A stretch of DNA of 64,000 bases from Nemertoderma westbladi. Lineage: Eukaryota > Animalia > Xenacoelomorpha. A model generated the notes under the pieces. That model searched no databases, was not told the origin of the DNA, and was given only the letters and a program-made list of their open reading frames with translations. Both the position numbers and the translations under genes were made by a program. Shown one piece after another: positions 11,570 through 23,639 of this stretch. The stretch spans positions 1 through 64,000 of the forward strand of contig JAUCBJ010008198.1 of NCBI GenBank assembly GCA_032718475.1, written 5' to 3'. Numbering within the stretch: position 1 is the first letter of the stretch; each line of letters begins with the position of its first letter.

Positions 11570-12003
11570 TCGTACGTGTCCCGCACTTTACAGTGAAATG
11601 TCCCACACTTTACATGACTTTGCTGCACTTAAACTACTCCCCTGTTTCATTGATGTTACCTACCATCTTACTAAAGGCTAACTTATTTTCCCTACATATC
11701 TAGGAACATCACGGAACAAAAGTTTTCCCACTAACTTTACTCAATCCGGTGAACTTTAGCAATGAATTTGACAGTTGAGAATTTCACTTTCGTACGCGTC
11801 CCGCACTTTACAATTTTTTGAAGCAATAATTCTGAGACATAAACTGCTGCCGGTTTTCCAAACTGCTTTTTTTTACTGAACCGTTAATTGGTTTTTCTAA
11901 GAAACACAAGCATTATACTATTTTAGTTCATTTTCATGATGTACAGTGCTAAAGTATGCACAAAAAGTCGTACGAATGTCCCGCACTTTACATGGAATGA
12001 GCC
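11570..12003. mobile_element. Second copy of the GTCCCGCACTTTAC DNA-transposon end
   Basis: 11790-12003 is near-identical to 8373-8586; extra motifs at 11578 and 11600. Confidence 0.7.
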
Positions 12004-12370
12004 TATACTGAAAAAGATAATGAGCAGATAATCGATAAAATTCGAAAAAATTTTTATGAATTTTATCGAGTATATTTAGTATTCCATGGTTTAACCCTTC
12101 TGCAATTATCCAGTCTGTCGCTGCAGGGTAAAATTGTTCTGGGGGAGATGATATGTTTACATGTTATTTATAACCCTTTCGAGTTTATACTTAGTATAAA
12201 GTATTAGTTAAAGTTATCTCACGTGCTGCGCGAAGGTCCCACTTCTTACTGAAAGTATCCCTGGTGGTAAATTAAGTAATATAATTTAACGGAAGAATTA
12301 ATTTTAACGAAAATTACTATTTATTTATATTTTTGAATCTAATATTTCCAATAAAGATTTGGTTGGCGCA

Positions 12371-15300
12371 CCAATTACAAACTTGTAACAAGTTAGGCAC
12401 GGAATCGACTAATTACTAACTTGTAATAAGGTAGGCACGGGATCGACCAATTACAAACTTGTAACAGGTTAGGCACAGGATCGACTAATTACAAACTTGT
12501 AACAAGTTAGGCACGGGATCGGCCAATTGCTAACTTGTAACAACTTAGGCACGGGATCGACCAATTACAAACTTGTAACAACTTAGGCAAGGGATCGACC
12601 AATTACAAACTTGTAACAGGTTAGGCACGGGATCGGCCAATTACTAACTTGTAACAAGTTAGGCACGGGATCGACTAATTACAAACTTGTAACAAGTTAG
12701 GCATGGGATCGGCCAATTACTAACTTGTAACAAGTTAGGCATGGGATCGACTAATTACAAACTTGTAACAAGTTAGGAACGGGATCGACCAATTACAAAC
12801 TTGTAACAACTTAGGCACGGGATCGGCCAATTACTAACTTGTAACAAGTTAGGCACGGGATCGACTGATTACAAACTTGAAACAAGTTAGGCACGAGATC
12901 GACCAATTACAAACTTGTAATAAGTTAGGCACGGGATCGGCCAATTACTAACTTGTAAAACGTTAGGCACGGGATCGACTAATTACAAACTTGTAACAGG
13001 TTAGGGAAGGGATCGACCAATTACAAACTTGTAACAAGTTAGGCACGGGATCAACCAATTACAAACTTGTAACAAGTTAGGCACGAGATCGACCAATTAC
13101 AAACTTGTAACAAGTTAGGCACGGGATCGACTAATTACTAAGTTGTAACAAGTTAGGAACGGGATCGACCAATTACAAACTTGTAACAACTTAGGCACGG
13201 GATCGACCAATTACAAACTTGTAATAAGTTAGGCACGGGATCGGCCAATTACTAACTTGTAAAAAGTTAGGCACTGGATCGACTAATTACAAACTTGTAA
13301 AAAGTTAGGAACGGGATCGACCAATTACAAACTTGTAACAAGTTAGGCACGGGATCGACCAATTACAAACTTGTAACAAGTTAGGCACGAGATCGACCAA
13401 TTACAAACTTGTAACAAGTTAGGCACGGGATCGACTAATTACAAACTTGTAATAAGTTAGGAGCGGGATCGGCCAATTACTAACTTGTAAAAAGTTAGGC
13501 ACGGGATCGACTAATTACAAACTTGTAACAAGTTAGGAACGGGATCGACCAATTACAAACTTGTAACAAGTTAGGCACGGGATCGACCAATTACAAACTT
13601 GTAACAAGTTAGGCACGAGATCGACCAATTACAAACTTGTAACAATTTAGGCACGGGATCGACTAATTACTAACTTGTAACAAGTTAGGAACAGGATCGA
13701 CCAATTACAAACTTGTAACAGCATAGGCACGGGATCGACCAATTACAAACTTGTAATAAGTTAGGCACGAGATCGACCAATTACAAACTTGTAATAAGTT
13801 AGGAACGGGATCGACCAATTACAAACTTGTAACAACTTAGGCACGGGATCGGCCAATTACTAACTTGTAACAAGTTAGGCACGGGATCGACTGATTACAA
13901 ACTTGAAACAAGTTAGGCACGAGATCGACCAATTACAAACTTGTAATAAGTTAGGCACGGGATCGGCCAATTACTAACTTGTAAAACGTTAGGCACGGGA
14001 TCGACTAATTACAAACTTGTAACAGGTTAGGGAAGGGATCGACCAATTACAAACTTGTAACAAGTTATGCACGGGATCAACCAATTACAAACTTGTAACA
14101 AGTTAGGCACGAGATCGACCAATTACAAACTTGTAACAAGTTAGGCACGGGATCGACTAATTACTAAGTTGTAACAAGTTAGGAACGGGATCGACCAATT
14201 ACAAACTTGTAACAACTTAGGCACGGGATCGACCAATTACAAACTTGTAATAAGTTAGGCACGGGATCGGCCAATTACTAACTTGTAAAAAGTTAGGCAC
14301 TGGATCGACTAATTACAAACTTGTAAAAAGTTAGGAACGGGATCGACCAATTACAAACTTGTAACAAGTTAGGCACGGGATCGACCAATTACAAACTTGT
14401 AACAAGTTAGGCACGAGATCAACCAATTACAAACTTGTAACAAGTTAGGCACGGGATCGACTAATTACAAACTTGTAATAAGTTAGGAGCGGGATCGGCC
14501 AATTACTAACTTGTAAAAAGTTAGTCACGGGATCGACTAATTACAAACTTGTAACAAGTTAGGAACGGGATCGACCAATTACAAACTTGTAACAAGTTAG
14601 GCACGGGATCGACCAATTACAAACTTGTAACAAGTTAGGCACGAGATCGACCAATTACAAACTTGTAACAATTTAGGCACGGGATCGACTAATTACTAAC
14701 TTGTAACAAGTTAGGAACAGGATCGACCAATTACAAACTTGTAACAGCATAGGCACGGGATCGACCAATTACAAACTTGTAATAAGTTAGGCACGAGATC
14801 GACCAATTACAAACTTGTAATAAGTTAGGCACGGGTTCGGCCAATTACAAACTTGTAACAAGTTAGGCACGAGATCGACCAATTACAAACTTGTAACAAG
14901 TTAGGCACAGGATCGACTAATTACAAACTTGTAACAAGTTAGGAACGGGATCGACCAATTACAAACTTGTAACAAGTTAGGTACGGGATTGACCAATTAC
15001 AAACTTGTAACAAGTTAGGCACGAGATCGACCAATTACAAACTTGTAACAAGTTAGGCACGGGATGGACTAATTACTAACTTGTAACAAGTTAGGAACGG
15101 GATCGACCAATTACAAACTTGTAACAACATAGGCAAGGGATCGACCAATTACAAACTTGTAATAAGTTAGGCACGAGATCGACCAATTACAAACTTGTAA
15201 TAAGTTAGGCATGGGATCGGCCAATTACTAACTTGTAAAAAGTTAGGCACAGGATCGACTAATTACTAACTTGTAACAAGTTAGGAACGGGATCGACCAA

Positions 15301-15904
15301 TTACAAACTTGTAACAACTTAGGCACGGGATCGACCAATTACAAACTTGTAACAGGTTAGGCACGGGATCGGCCAATTACTAACTTGTAACAAGTTAGAC
15401 ATGGGATCGACTAATTACAAACTTGTAACAAGTTAGGCATGGGATCGGCCAATTACTAACTTGTAACAAGTTAGGCACGGGATCGACTAATTACAAAAGG
15501 CACGGGATCGACCAATTACAAACTTGTAACAAGTTAGGCACGGGATCGGCCAATTACTAACTGGTAACAAGTTAGGCACGAGATCGACTAATTACAAACT
15601 TGTAACAAGTTAGGCACGGGGTCGGCCAATTACTAACTTGTAACAAGTTAGGCACGGGATCGACTAATTACAAACTTGTAACAAGTTAGGAACATGATCG
15701 ACCATTTACAAACGTGTAACAAGTTAGGCACGGGATCAGCCAATTACTAACTTGTAACAAGTTAGGCACGGGATCGACTAATTACAAACTTGTAACAAGT
15801 TAGGAACGAGATCGACCAATTACAAACTTGTAACAAGTTAGGCACAGGATCGGCCCATTACTAACTTGAAACAAGTTAGGCACGGGATCAACTAATTACA
15901 ACCA
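12371..15904. repeat. 38-bp tandem satellite, about 93 units (CCAATTACAAACTTGTAACAAGTTAGGCACGGGATCGA)
   Basis: Directly visible period of 38; internal palindrome AACTTGT-A-ACAAGTT; 1026-bp (27-unit) higher-order duplication (marker GACTGATT at ~12863 and ~13889). Confidence 0.97.
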
Positions 15905-15905
15905 A

Positions 15906-16810
15906 ATGGGTGATATCTTAGCGACATCACTAGAAGGACCAAGACTGGAACCAACGAAATTCAGTGGAAACCCAGCAGAATTCATATCGTTTAAAGCGCA
16001 TTTTATCGCACAAGTGGATAGCAAAAACGTCCCCATAACTACAAAAATGCGACGTCTGTTAACCTACCTATCTGGGAAAGCGTTACAGAACGTCAAACAT
16101 TATGAAGGAGTGGACGACGGATATCAACGTGCGTGGGACGTGTTGGAAAAGAACTTTGGCAACCCATCAGCTGTAATGAAATCTGTGATACATAATGTCA
16201 CTAAATGCAGATTCCCGATTACAACAGACTCAGATGTCGTTTGATGTAATTTCTGGACAACTAATCCGCATATTGACGCATTTGCAACAACATGGTCTGC
16301 CGAACCTATAAGGATCTTTCCAAATGGACTAGTCCAACAATGTTATGTATACAGTTGAAAACATCGTGTGAATCAGTGTCTAAAATTCCAAAGCCTCTCG
16401 CATAAAGTAAAGAGAAGTATGACACATGCTTCCGTCTACGACTCTGTTTGGGGTTCGAAGTCAAGGGTTCAGACACTTCCGGAAACACTATAAATCCTTG
16501 GAGAAATATTGGTGTTCTAGAACAACTAAAGAAGGCATGTGCCGAGAAGCACATAGCCCGGATTTACATCCGGAACCAGCTGACATAAACGATAAATTCC
16601 GATGGTTAACAGACGAATATAAAAGAGTAGCGAGTGGACCCCCAACACCGTATGAAGCATGGTTTAAACTTCATCCAGAGAGTAAGGATAAAAAGAATAT
16701 CACTAAACTTCTTCCGCCACTGCCGAAAAATACTACCTCGTCGTTCAAAGTAAATTATTATGAGGACGCATCACTCTACACAACGCCTCAAACTAATAAC
16801 GATGAGATTA
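15906..16810 (+). pseudogene. gag: Degenerate BEL/Pao gag (DUF1759-like region plus decayed CCHC fingers), copy 1
   Basis: PTKFSGNPAEFISFK...LLTYLSGKA...YQRAWDVLEKNFGNP; later LCLG...H...WC...CREAHSPDLH. Stops, frameshifts and an internal deletion. Confidence 0.8.
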
Positions 16811-16811
16811 G

Positions 16812-17005
16812 CCACCACCGAGAGTACAGCTAGTACTGAGTTATCCACCACCGAGAGTACAGCTAGTAGTGAGCTATCGACCACCGATAGTACAGCTACT
16901 GTAGTAGTGAGTTATCGACCACCGAGAGTACAGCTAGTACTGAGTTATCCACCACCGAGAGTACAGCTAGTACTGAGTTATCCACCACCAAGAGTACAGC
17001 TAGTT
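16812..17005. repeat. 33-bp tandem repeat, short array of about 6 units
   Basis: GAGTTATCCACCACCGAGAGTACAGCTAGTACT. Confidence 0.95.
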
Positions 17006-17111
17006 ATCGGTATATAAATTTCTCGGATTATTATCAGGTCTATATGGAATATTATTGTCAACAGGTTTATAATTACCCTTAATAGGGTTTACTATAGGAG
17101 TTTCTACTTCA

Positions 17112-18030
17112 CTAGCAGTATAGATACGTGTACCGTGTAGGCTCCACACCTTGCGCATGAAATAGTTCAGACCTAACAGGTTGACACATTGTTACAGAGG
17201 GTGGTGGTATACCCTTTTGTAGATTTACTAACTTATCGCGTTCGAACGCGATACTCTGCTGCACTTCCTGCAATTCTAACCTACTCTCTCTTACTGTTCC
17301 ACTTAACTGTTGAACAGTCCCCTCCAACTCTCGGACCTGCTGGGAGGAGCTTGCCTGATTCTCCTCCATCTGCCCGAGGAGAATATCCATCCCCCGCCAT
17401 CGCTCATCCACCCACTCTACCGCCGAAGCGGGAGCCGCCAACATAGTAGCGGGTAGACGAGGGACGACGGGCGATAAATCGTTAATGTCTCGCTCGGCGT
17501 CCAGGACTGGAATTGACTCTGGAACAGTCCTACTGGTTACAGGTAGTTTAGTACTGTGCAAAGGGAATTTAGAGTTAGGTTCTGGAAGTACAGGGGTCTC
17601 TATCACAGAAGGGGTGGCTTCGAGAACAGGCCTATAGTAGGGAGTCTTTCTACTCTAATAATTTGGTCTGTGGGTTCTGTACTACCTAAGTCTGCACTAG
17701 CTAGTTGCCTTCTCACAGCTGGGGGCAAATTAGGCAATTTCTGATGGTGAGGCGTTCTTCTACGTCTGCTGGAACGAGATCTATTTCCTCCTCCTTCAGG
17801 ATCTGTTGTATCGCCTTCATCAGATGATGTAAATCCCTGTCTCTTGGGAGTAGATCGACTTATCATCTGCATATACTTAGCTGTTCTTTGTTTATTGAAG
17901 TAATCTTGCTTCACTTGAAAATTTTCCAACTCTAGTTGGGCTGTCTCTTCAGATGCCCTCCGTTCTGCTTCTACCACTGCCTCTGCAACTTTTCTTTCAG
18001 CTTCTGCCACCTTTCTTTCAAATTCTGCCG
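17112..18030 (-). pseudogene. Frameshifted coiled-coil/Pro-rich ORF pair, probably a retroelement Gag/ORF1 N-terminal remnant
   Basis: Two overlapping ORFs (17603-18010, 17112-17606) with heptad-like E/Q/R segments and coding-like GC content; no diagnostic domain. Confidence 0.35.
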
Positions 18031-18059
18031 CTGTCTACATCAACAGTTACTCGCACAGT

Positions 18060-18760
18060 TTCGAAACTTCGCATAGTTATAACTGTATAAAGATCGTCAG
18101 TCTGCGTTTAGGAAAAATATTTTATGACAAAACAGGACAAGCGACGAGCGCAACGAGGCATATAATGAAGACGAGTACTGCGTTGACTAAATTATTATAT
18201 AAACCACCTGGCTTCACATATTGATCGCATCCCTAGTTATTATTATTATAAAGATCGTCCTAGCCTGCGTTTAAGAAATATATTTAAATACAAAACAGGA
18301 CGAACGCAACGAGGCTTATAATGAAAACGAGTACTGCGTTTATTATATTCCTATAAACCACCTGGCTTTGCATATTGAACGTGCGATTGGAAATAAGTTC
18401 GTGCTACCCTTCCGTGGGTGGTAGATGTCGCGGTTATGTATTGGTGGTTGGGAAGGGTGGGGGGGGGGAGATTAAAAGGGGTGAACACGTACTGTCCACC
18501 TTTCTTTGACTGATTGGTGGTGTGGGTAAATTTCTCAAAACCTGATTTTGTGATACAGTCGCTCAATTTTAATTTGTATCTCATAACTGGGCCTCGTGCT
18601 GCGCGAAGGCCCCACGAAAGTGTCATTCTGTCGTTCTGTCGTGTTCAATTTTAAACGTTAATAACTCGGCCAATCTTTGATGAAATCTATCCAAACTTGG
18701 TACTCATGTTGTTTGGCAAAAGTTTAGAAATTTTCCAAGTAGAATTTCCGTGTGGCCTTC
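18060..18760 (-). mobile_element. Helentron/HINE-like non-autonomous repeat with internal sub-repeats
   Basis: Two ~170-bp internal repeats (TGCGTTTA...AAAACAGGAC...GAGTACTGCGTT), terminal motif GTGCTGCGCGAAGGCCCCAC, adjacent CTGTCGTT micro-repeat and ATAACTC...AAACTTGG segment. Confidence 0.55.
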
Positions 18761-19454
18761 GAGAAGCTAAGATAATAGCAGTTAATTAGTTAATTAAGTT
18801 GATTACGGTGAAAACACCATTTTCAACCTGCCTTTTAAAGGAAATTAATTGTTTTACAGTATAAGATTTAAATAATTATACTTAAAAATTATACAGATGT
18901 AATCCACATACTCCATTCTATTATAGTTTTTAATTAGTTCAAGTGATTTGCTTTAATAATTGTGTCTTTAATTGATCTAAAGTAATTAAAACGGCATAAA
19001 AATTGATTCTCATTAAATACTGATCATTTATTGGTTAACATCCAAGTTGGCTCGGTGCTGGTACATAGGATGGGAAGGATGTTTGGTGTGTGTAGAACAG
19101 CCAGTTGCTCTTCAATGGGAATGCGAATGTAAGTAACCACATGTGTACAGGCCGGTAGACAGATTGGCCAGAGCTAGCTAACGAGATGGAAATCTGAATT
19201 CCCTACTATTCAGTCTATTATTGTGTTATTGCCGTGTTAGACAGATCTCGTTTAATAAATGTCAGTCAATAACATTTTACCACTGCAGAAGACTTATTTA
19301 TATCCATACTTGTTTTTTCCTCATAAATATTGGGCTTATTATTTTTTGATGGGATTTCTTTGTAGTTGAATTGTCTAAGTTTTTACACTGAGGCATTAAC
19401 AGAGGGTACTGGTATTAAATTAATTATTTGAATATCATTACTGCATCGACTGCA

Positions 19455-19908
19455 TTTAGTACTGCGTTCTGCATTGATTATATTCCTATAAACCATTCCT
19501 GGTTTCGCATATTGCACGTATCCATAGTTATAAAGATTGCCAGTCTGCGTTTAGGAAATATATTTAAATACAAAACAGGACGAGCGCAACGACGCTTATA
19601 ATAATTACGACGAGTACGGCGTTGATTATATTCCTATACACCACCTGGCTTTGCATATTGAACGTGCGATTGGAAATAAGTTCGTTCTACCCTTCCGTGG
19701 GTGGTAGATGTCGCGGTTATGTATTGGTGGTTGGGAAGGGTGGGGGGGGGGGGGGATTAAAAGGGGTGAACACGTACTGTCCCCCTTTCTTGGATTGATT
19801 GGTGGTGTGGGTAAATTTCTCAAAACCTGATATTGTGATACAGTCGCTCAATTTTAATTTGTATCTCATAACTGGGCCTCGTGCTGCGCGAAGGCCCCAC
19901 GAACGTGT
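19455..19908 (-). mobile_element. Another copy of the same HINE-like repeat
   Basis: Near-identical to 18240-18622. Confidence 0.7.
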
Positions 19909-20227
19909 CCATTTGATATCCTAATCTAATATGGCACTGCCAATAAGATACGGGCCTACTGAAAATAAATGTATTATTAAATATTTAACCGAAAAGTAAT
20001 ATATAATATGCAATAATTTTACCAACTGAAGCTATTTTAAACATTATTGCACCAAATGTAAAATATATTCTAAATAAAATAAAGTACCTGGTACCCAGTA
20101 AAATATTTATATTACAATCCCATGTCACAGTGCCGAAGTATGTTGTATAGTTTAGGCCAGGTTGATCTGGCCAATATTAGCAGCACGTTCCGGTCGAATG
20201 CCGCAAACCAATTTCCATTTGCATTTC

Positions 20228-22646
20228 CTAGTGTTGCAACAGTTCAAACTGGGACGGTTTTGGGTATAGAGTCTCCAAGAGTTCCCTCACGATTCCCTTA
20301 ACAATGTGGGCATTGGGTTTGTTTTGATCGACGCCATCATTAATACAAATAAACTTCTGCGTGTGGCGACGGTATTCATCCATCTGTTTAATTGTTTCGG
20401 AAACGCTGTTTGTTATGTACACATATTGCTCATGGAAGATTGACATGGCTTCAAGCTTCCAGAAAATTTGAAACCTTCCGGAAAACACAATTTTTCATCG
20501 AAAATCTCGAATTTTGAATTAATTGAGTGTCCGATTCAAGTGTGAAAGTGAGCAATATTTGGGGATGGTTGAGTAGGGCTGCAGCACTTAAGCTGATTTT
20601 AATTCTTAAGTTATTAATTTATACCAATTTGAGTGTTATTCTAATTAGATACATAGGCTTTCTGGCTTAAAATAAAAGAATCCAAATAATAATTTGACTG
20701 CAAGTTCTCAAGTTCGATGTTAATTCTGTAATTCTACCAAGTTTCTATTTACAGTTAGTTAGTATGGATGGAATTCACGAATAATTTAACAACTGATCAC
20801 AGGCTGTTTAGTTAGTAGGACAGTAGTATGGCTTCAGTCAATCTGATAGTAGCACTAGCGCATAAAAGTCTGATAGTTTCTACCGGATACAAACTGAAAG
20901 TAAATGATCTAACAGAAAATAATATAACCTGGTAGTTGTAGTAGTGTAGTACCGGTAAGTTTTTTGTGGAACTAAATTATATTCCGAAGCAATTTTATTC
21001 AGCAAAATTATAAAAACAAGATACAGAAAATCCGTTTTTGTGTGGAAATAAATTATATTCAGAAGCATTTTTAATTCACAGGGCCATGAAATTGCCATGA
21101 TATATTGACATGAAATTCAGAAATTTGGAGTATATTGTTTGACTTTATAAATTCTTATAAATTCGATCTACTTTTGATGGTTTAAATTGTACTGTACGTA
21201 CAGTACTAAATTCTCTTTCCCTTTAATCTCAGGTTTTTAGGGAGTGAAAAATCTCAAAAATCTTCGAAATTTATCATAATCTTCCGGAAACCTAGTTTCC
21301 GGGTTTCCAAATTTTGTGGAGACCTGCATGGTTTCGAACTGATATTTATTGCGACTGCTGTAGATAGAGGATTTATTTATCATCAACAGGAGAGGTTTAC
21401 ACGAAAGGAAGATTTCTCTAGATACTGTTCGGCTGGTTGAGTTGCTGTCCTTGTCTAACTGCAGCGATTTCTCTGTGTTACTTTCAATGCAGTCGGATAT
21501 GACATTCTCCATTTCAGTTAAACTGGAGTTTGATAGCGGTATTGGGTAAAGCCTGCTTGTGAGCACTCTCAACTCTCTGTTGGATAGCACCCCGGAGTCG
21601 TCTGTGTCGAAATTATCAAAAACTTGGCTAAAATCAAGTTCCACTTTGGCATCCATCAGATAGTTGAAGTAGGAGAAGGCAAATTGCATATCTTCATCGT
21701 GACGTAGTTTATGGGAAGCTGTTTTAAGGAATTCTTCATGAAAGATTTCATGTAATTCCTCTATAATTAGTTTATTGAGGAATAACGGCGTATGGGATAT
21801 CATATACCGGGTCTTGCGCCCAAACATTTTGTTATATAATTCATTCACATAAGTCAAAGTATTGGCGTAATTGCCGAATGGCAAGTTGTTTTTTTTTCCA
21901 GAGGCGGCATAATTCGTCTTGTAGATACGCGGTCCATTGGTGCGTGTGATAAAGTCTGAGGGCCAGATTGGCGCACCAAACATAAAATCATCATTGAGGT
22001 AGAGGAAGTTCTCGGAGAGACCTGGAATGCGATGAAGTTGAGACTCTATTGCGGGGGAACCGAAGGTGGGAAGATTCGACTTGTTAGCAAATATCTCATT
22101 GTGAGTTACTATGGTAACCCGGGGATTGCTAAGGTTCAACCAGTATGGGATTTGCCCATTAGTCACGATGAAAATGTGTCGAAGCCACGGGGCATACAGG
22201 TCAACAGAACGTAGAGAGTATCGCAACTCCTCGTTGTCATAAAAACGGTTGGTACTTGTACGACCCACGACCGATTGTTGACTCTTCACCCTCATTTCCA
22301 TGTTCATCTCCCATTCCAATTCCCTTTGGACTTTCTCCAATTCTACTAACATTTCAGGGTCTGAACCATTCACCCAGGTGTAGACTAAGTCTACAGGAAA
22401 CAGTTTGTCAGGATGTAAGTCATTCATCCATGTGCTGTCTAAGACATCACGTAATTGCTTGGTGGTGTTTAATACCTTCTTCCAGGGATGCAGATTCAGT
22501 TGTAAGGAATCATAAATATTATCATTGTGTTTGACTTCTGTCGTGAAATATACCACGAAAGGCACAAGGAGTATGAAACCAGCTAGACATATCTTCAAAT
22601 GATGGGCCTGTCTCACTGATGAGCATTGCACACATCTAGGCAACAT
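20228..22646 (-). CDS. Stealth-family GlcNAc-1-phosphotransferase (compact GNPTAB-like); coding segments 22646-21324 and 20455-20228, split by a TE
   Basis: N-terminal TM ([16 protein letters not shown]); CR1 [14 protein letters not shown]; CR2 [14 protein letters not shown]...FGSPAIE...FLYLNDD; CR3 SHTP...[12 protein letters not shown]; EF-hand [12 protein letters not shown]; CR4 KFICIND...YPKPSQFEL. Confidence 0.9.
20452..21326. mobile_element. hAT-like non-autonomous transposon (875 bp) inserted in the Stealth gene
   Basis: 8-bp TSD CATGGCTT (20444-20451) / CATGGTTT (21327-21334). Imperfect TIRs CAAGCTTCCAGAAAATTTG versus CAGGTCTCCACAAAATTTG (reverse complement). Subterminal TTCCGGAAA motifs at both ends. 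Confidence 0.85.
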
Positions 22647-23639
22647 TGTAATGTTTAAGAAATCTAACTTTATTTAATTAATTCAATAACTCTTTATAAT
22701 GTACATAAATATATATATATATTAATATACATATATACATATATATTTACATAAATAAACACGGATTATAAACCCTGAACGGGAACAACTTTTCATACAA
22801 TTATGTACATATATGTAATTTACTGTAGTTTACATTATGTCAGCTTATCAGCTATCTGAACGCTTAATTAATCACTTTGTCAACTGGTTCTTATCTCTTA
22901 TCTCGGGGATATAGGCCCGGTCCATATATTGTCATAAAAAGTTACAATAGAATAATTACATCGAGACACTAGAACCACCATAGATTAGATTTTAACTATA
23001 AATACAGCTACTACTAGAAACTTTATCCAAATTCACATGGAAAACAAGAAAAATAAAAGTAAATTCCAAGACGGGATTGTCTAGTAGAGCTCATAACGGT
23101 TGGAAAACACTGAGCCGCATAAAAATAATTAGGGTAAGTTAAAGCTACGTGTTGATAAGAGTTAAGAAAAGAGATTAAGCTAAGCTAGTGTAAGCTAGTA
23201 AGTTATAACAAGAAGTTTCTGGCGGCAATGTTTTGTACAAAATATTTATTTTTATTTTATTGCTAGAGGAAGTTAACGAGGTCTATTTACTACATGATAT
23301 ACTGTATTATTATGCGCCATGATGAATTTTAAAAATGTAATAAACACGGAGAGGAGAAAACGACAGCTATAATAACACCAACAGTAACGACAGTGGACTA
23401 ACTCAACTAATGGGGAGGGGAGGGGGGCTGGGTAGATAACATGTAAAATCAATCAGTTTCAAATATATGGCGCTTCAGGGATGAAGAAAATTATGATTTG
23501 GAAGCTTTGTTTTTAATTTCACTGGTAACATAATGTTCAACGATACCCCCTGCTCTGTCACTCTACAATTCTGGGCAGGCATTGGAGAAAATGGTCCTAG
23601 TCATTGTCAATGGAATAAATAGCATTTTTATTAAATCGC

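Noticed and set aside
12359-12372. TGGTTGGCGCACC as a primer-binding site before the satellite and gag
   Set aside because: I cannot match it confidently to a tRNA 3' end, and no LTR-ending CA precedes it.
20228-22646. Stealth gene as a bacterial horizontal transfer
   Set aside because: The EF-hand, N-terminal TM and CR motifs resemble metazoan GNPTAB more than bacterial capsule phosphotransferases.
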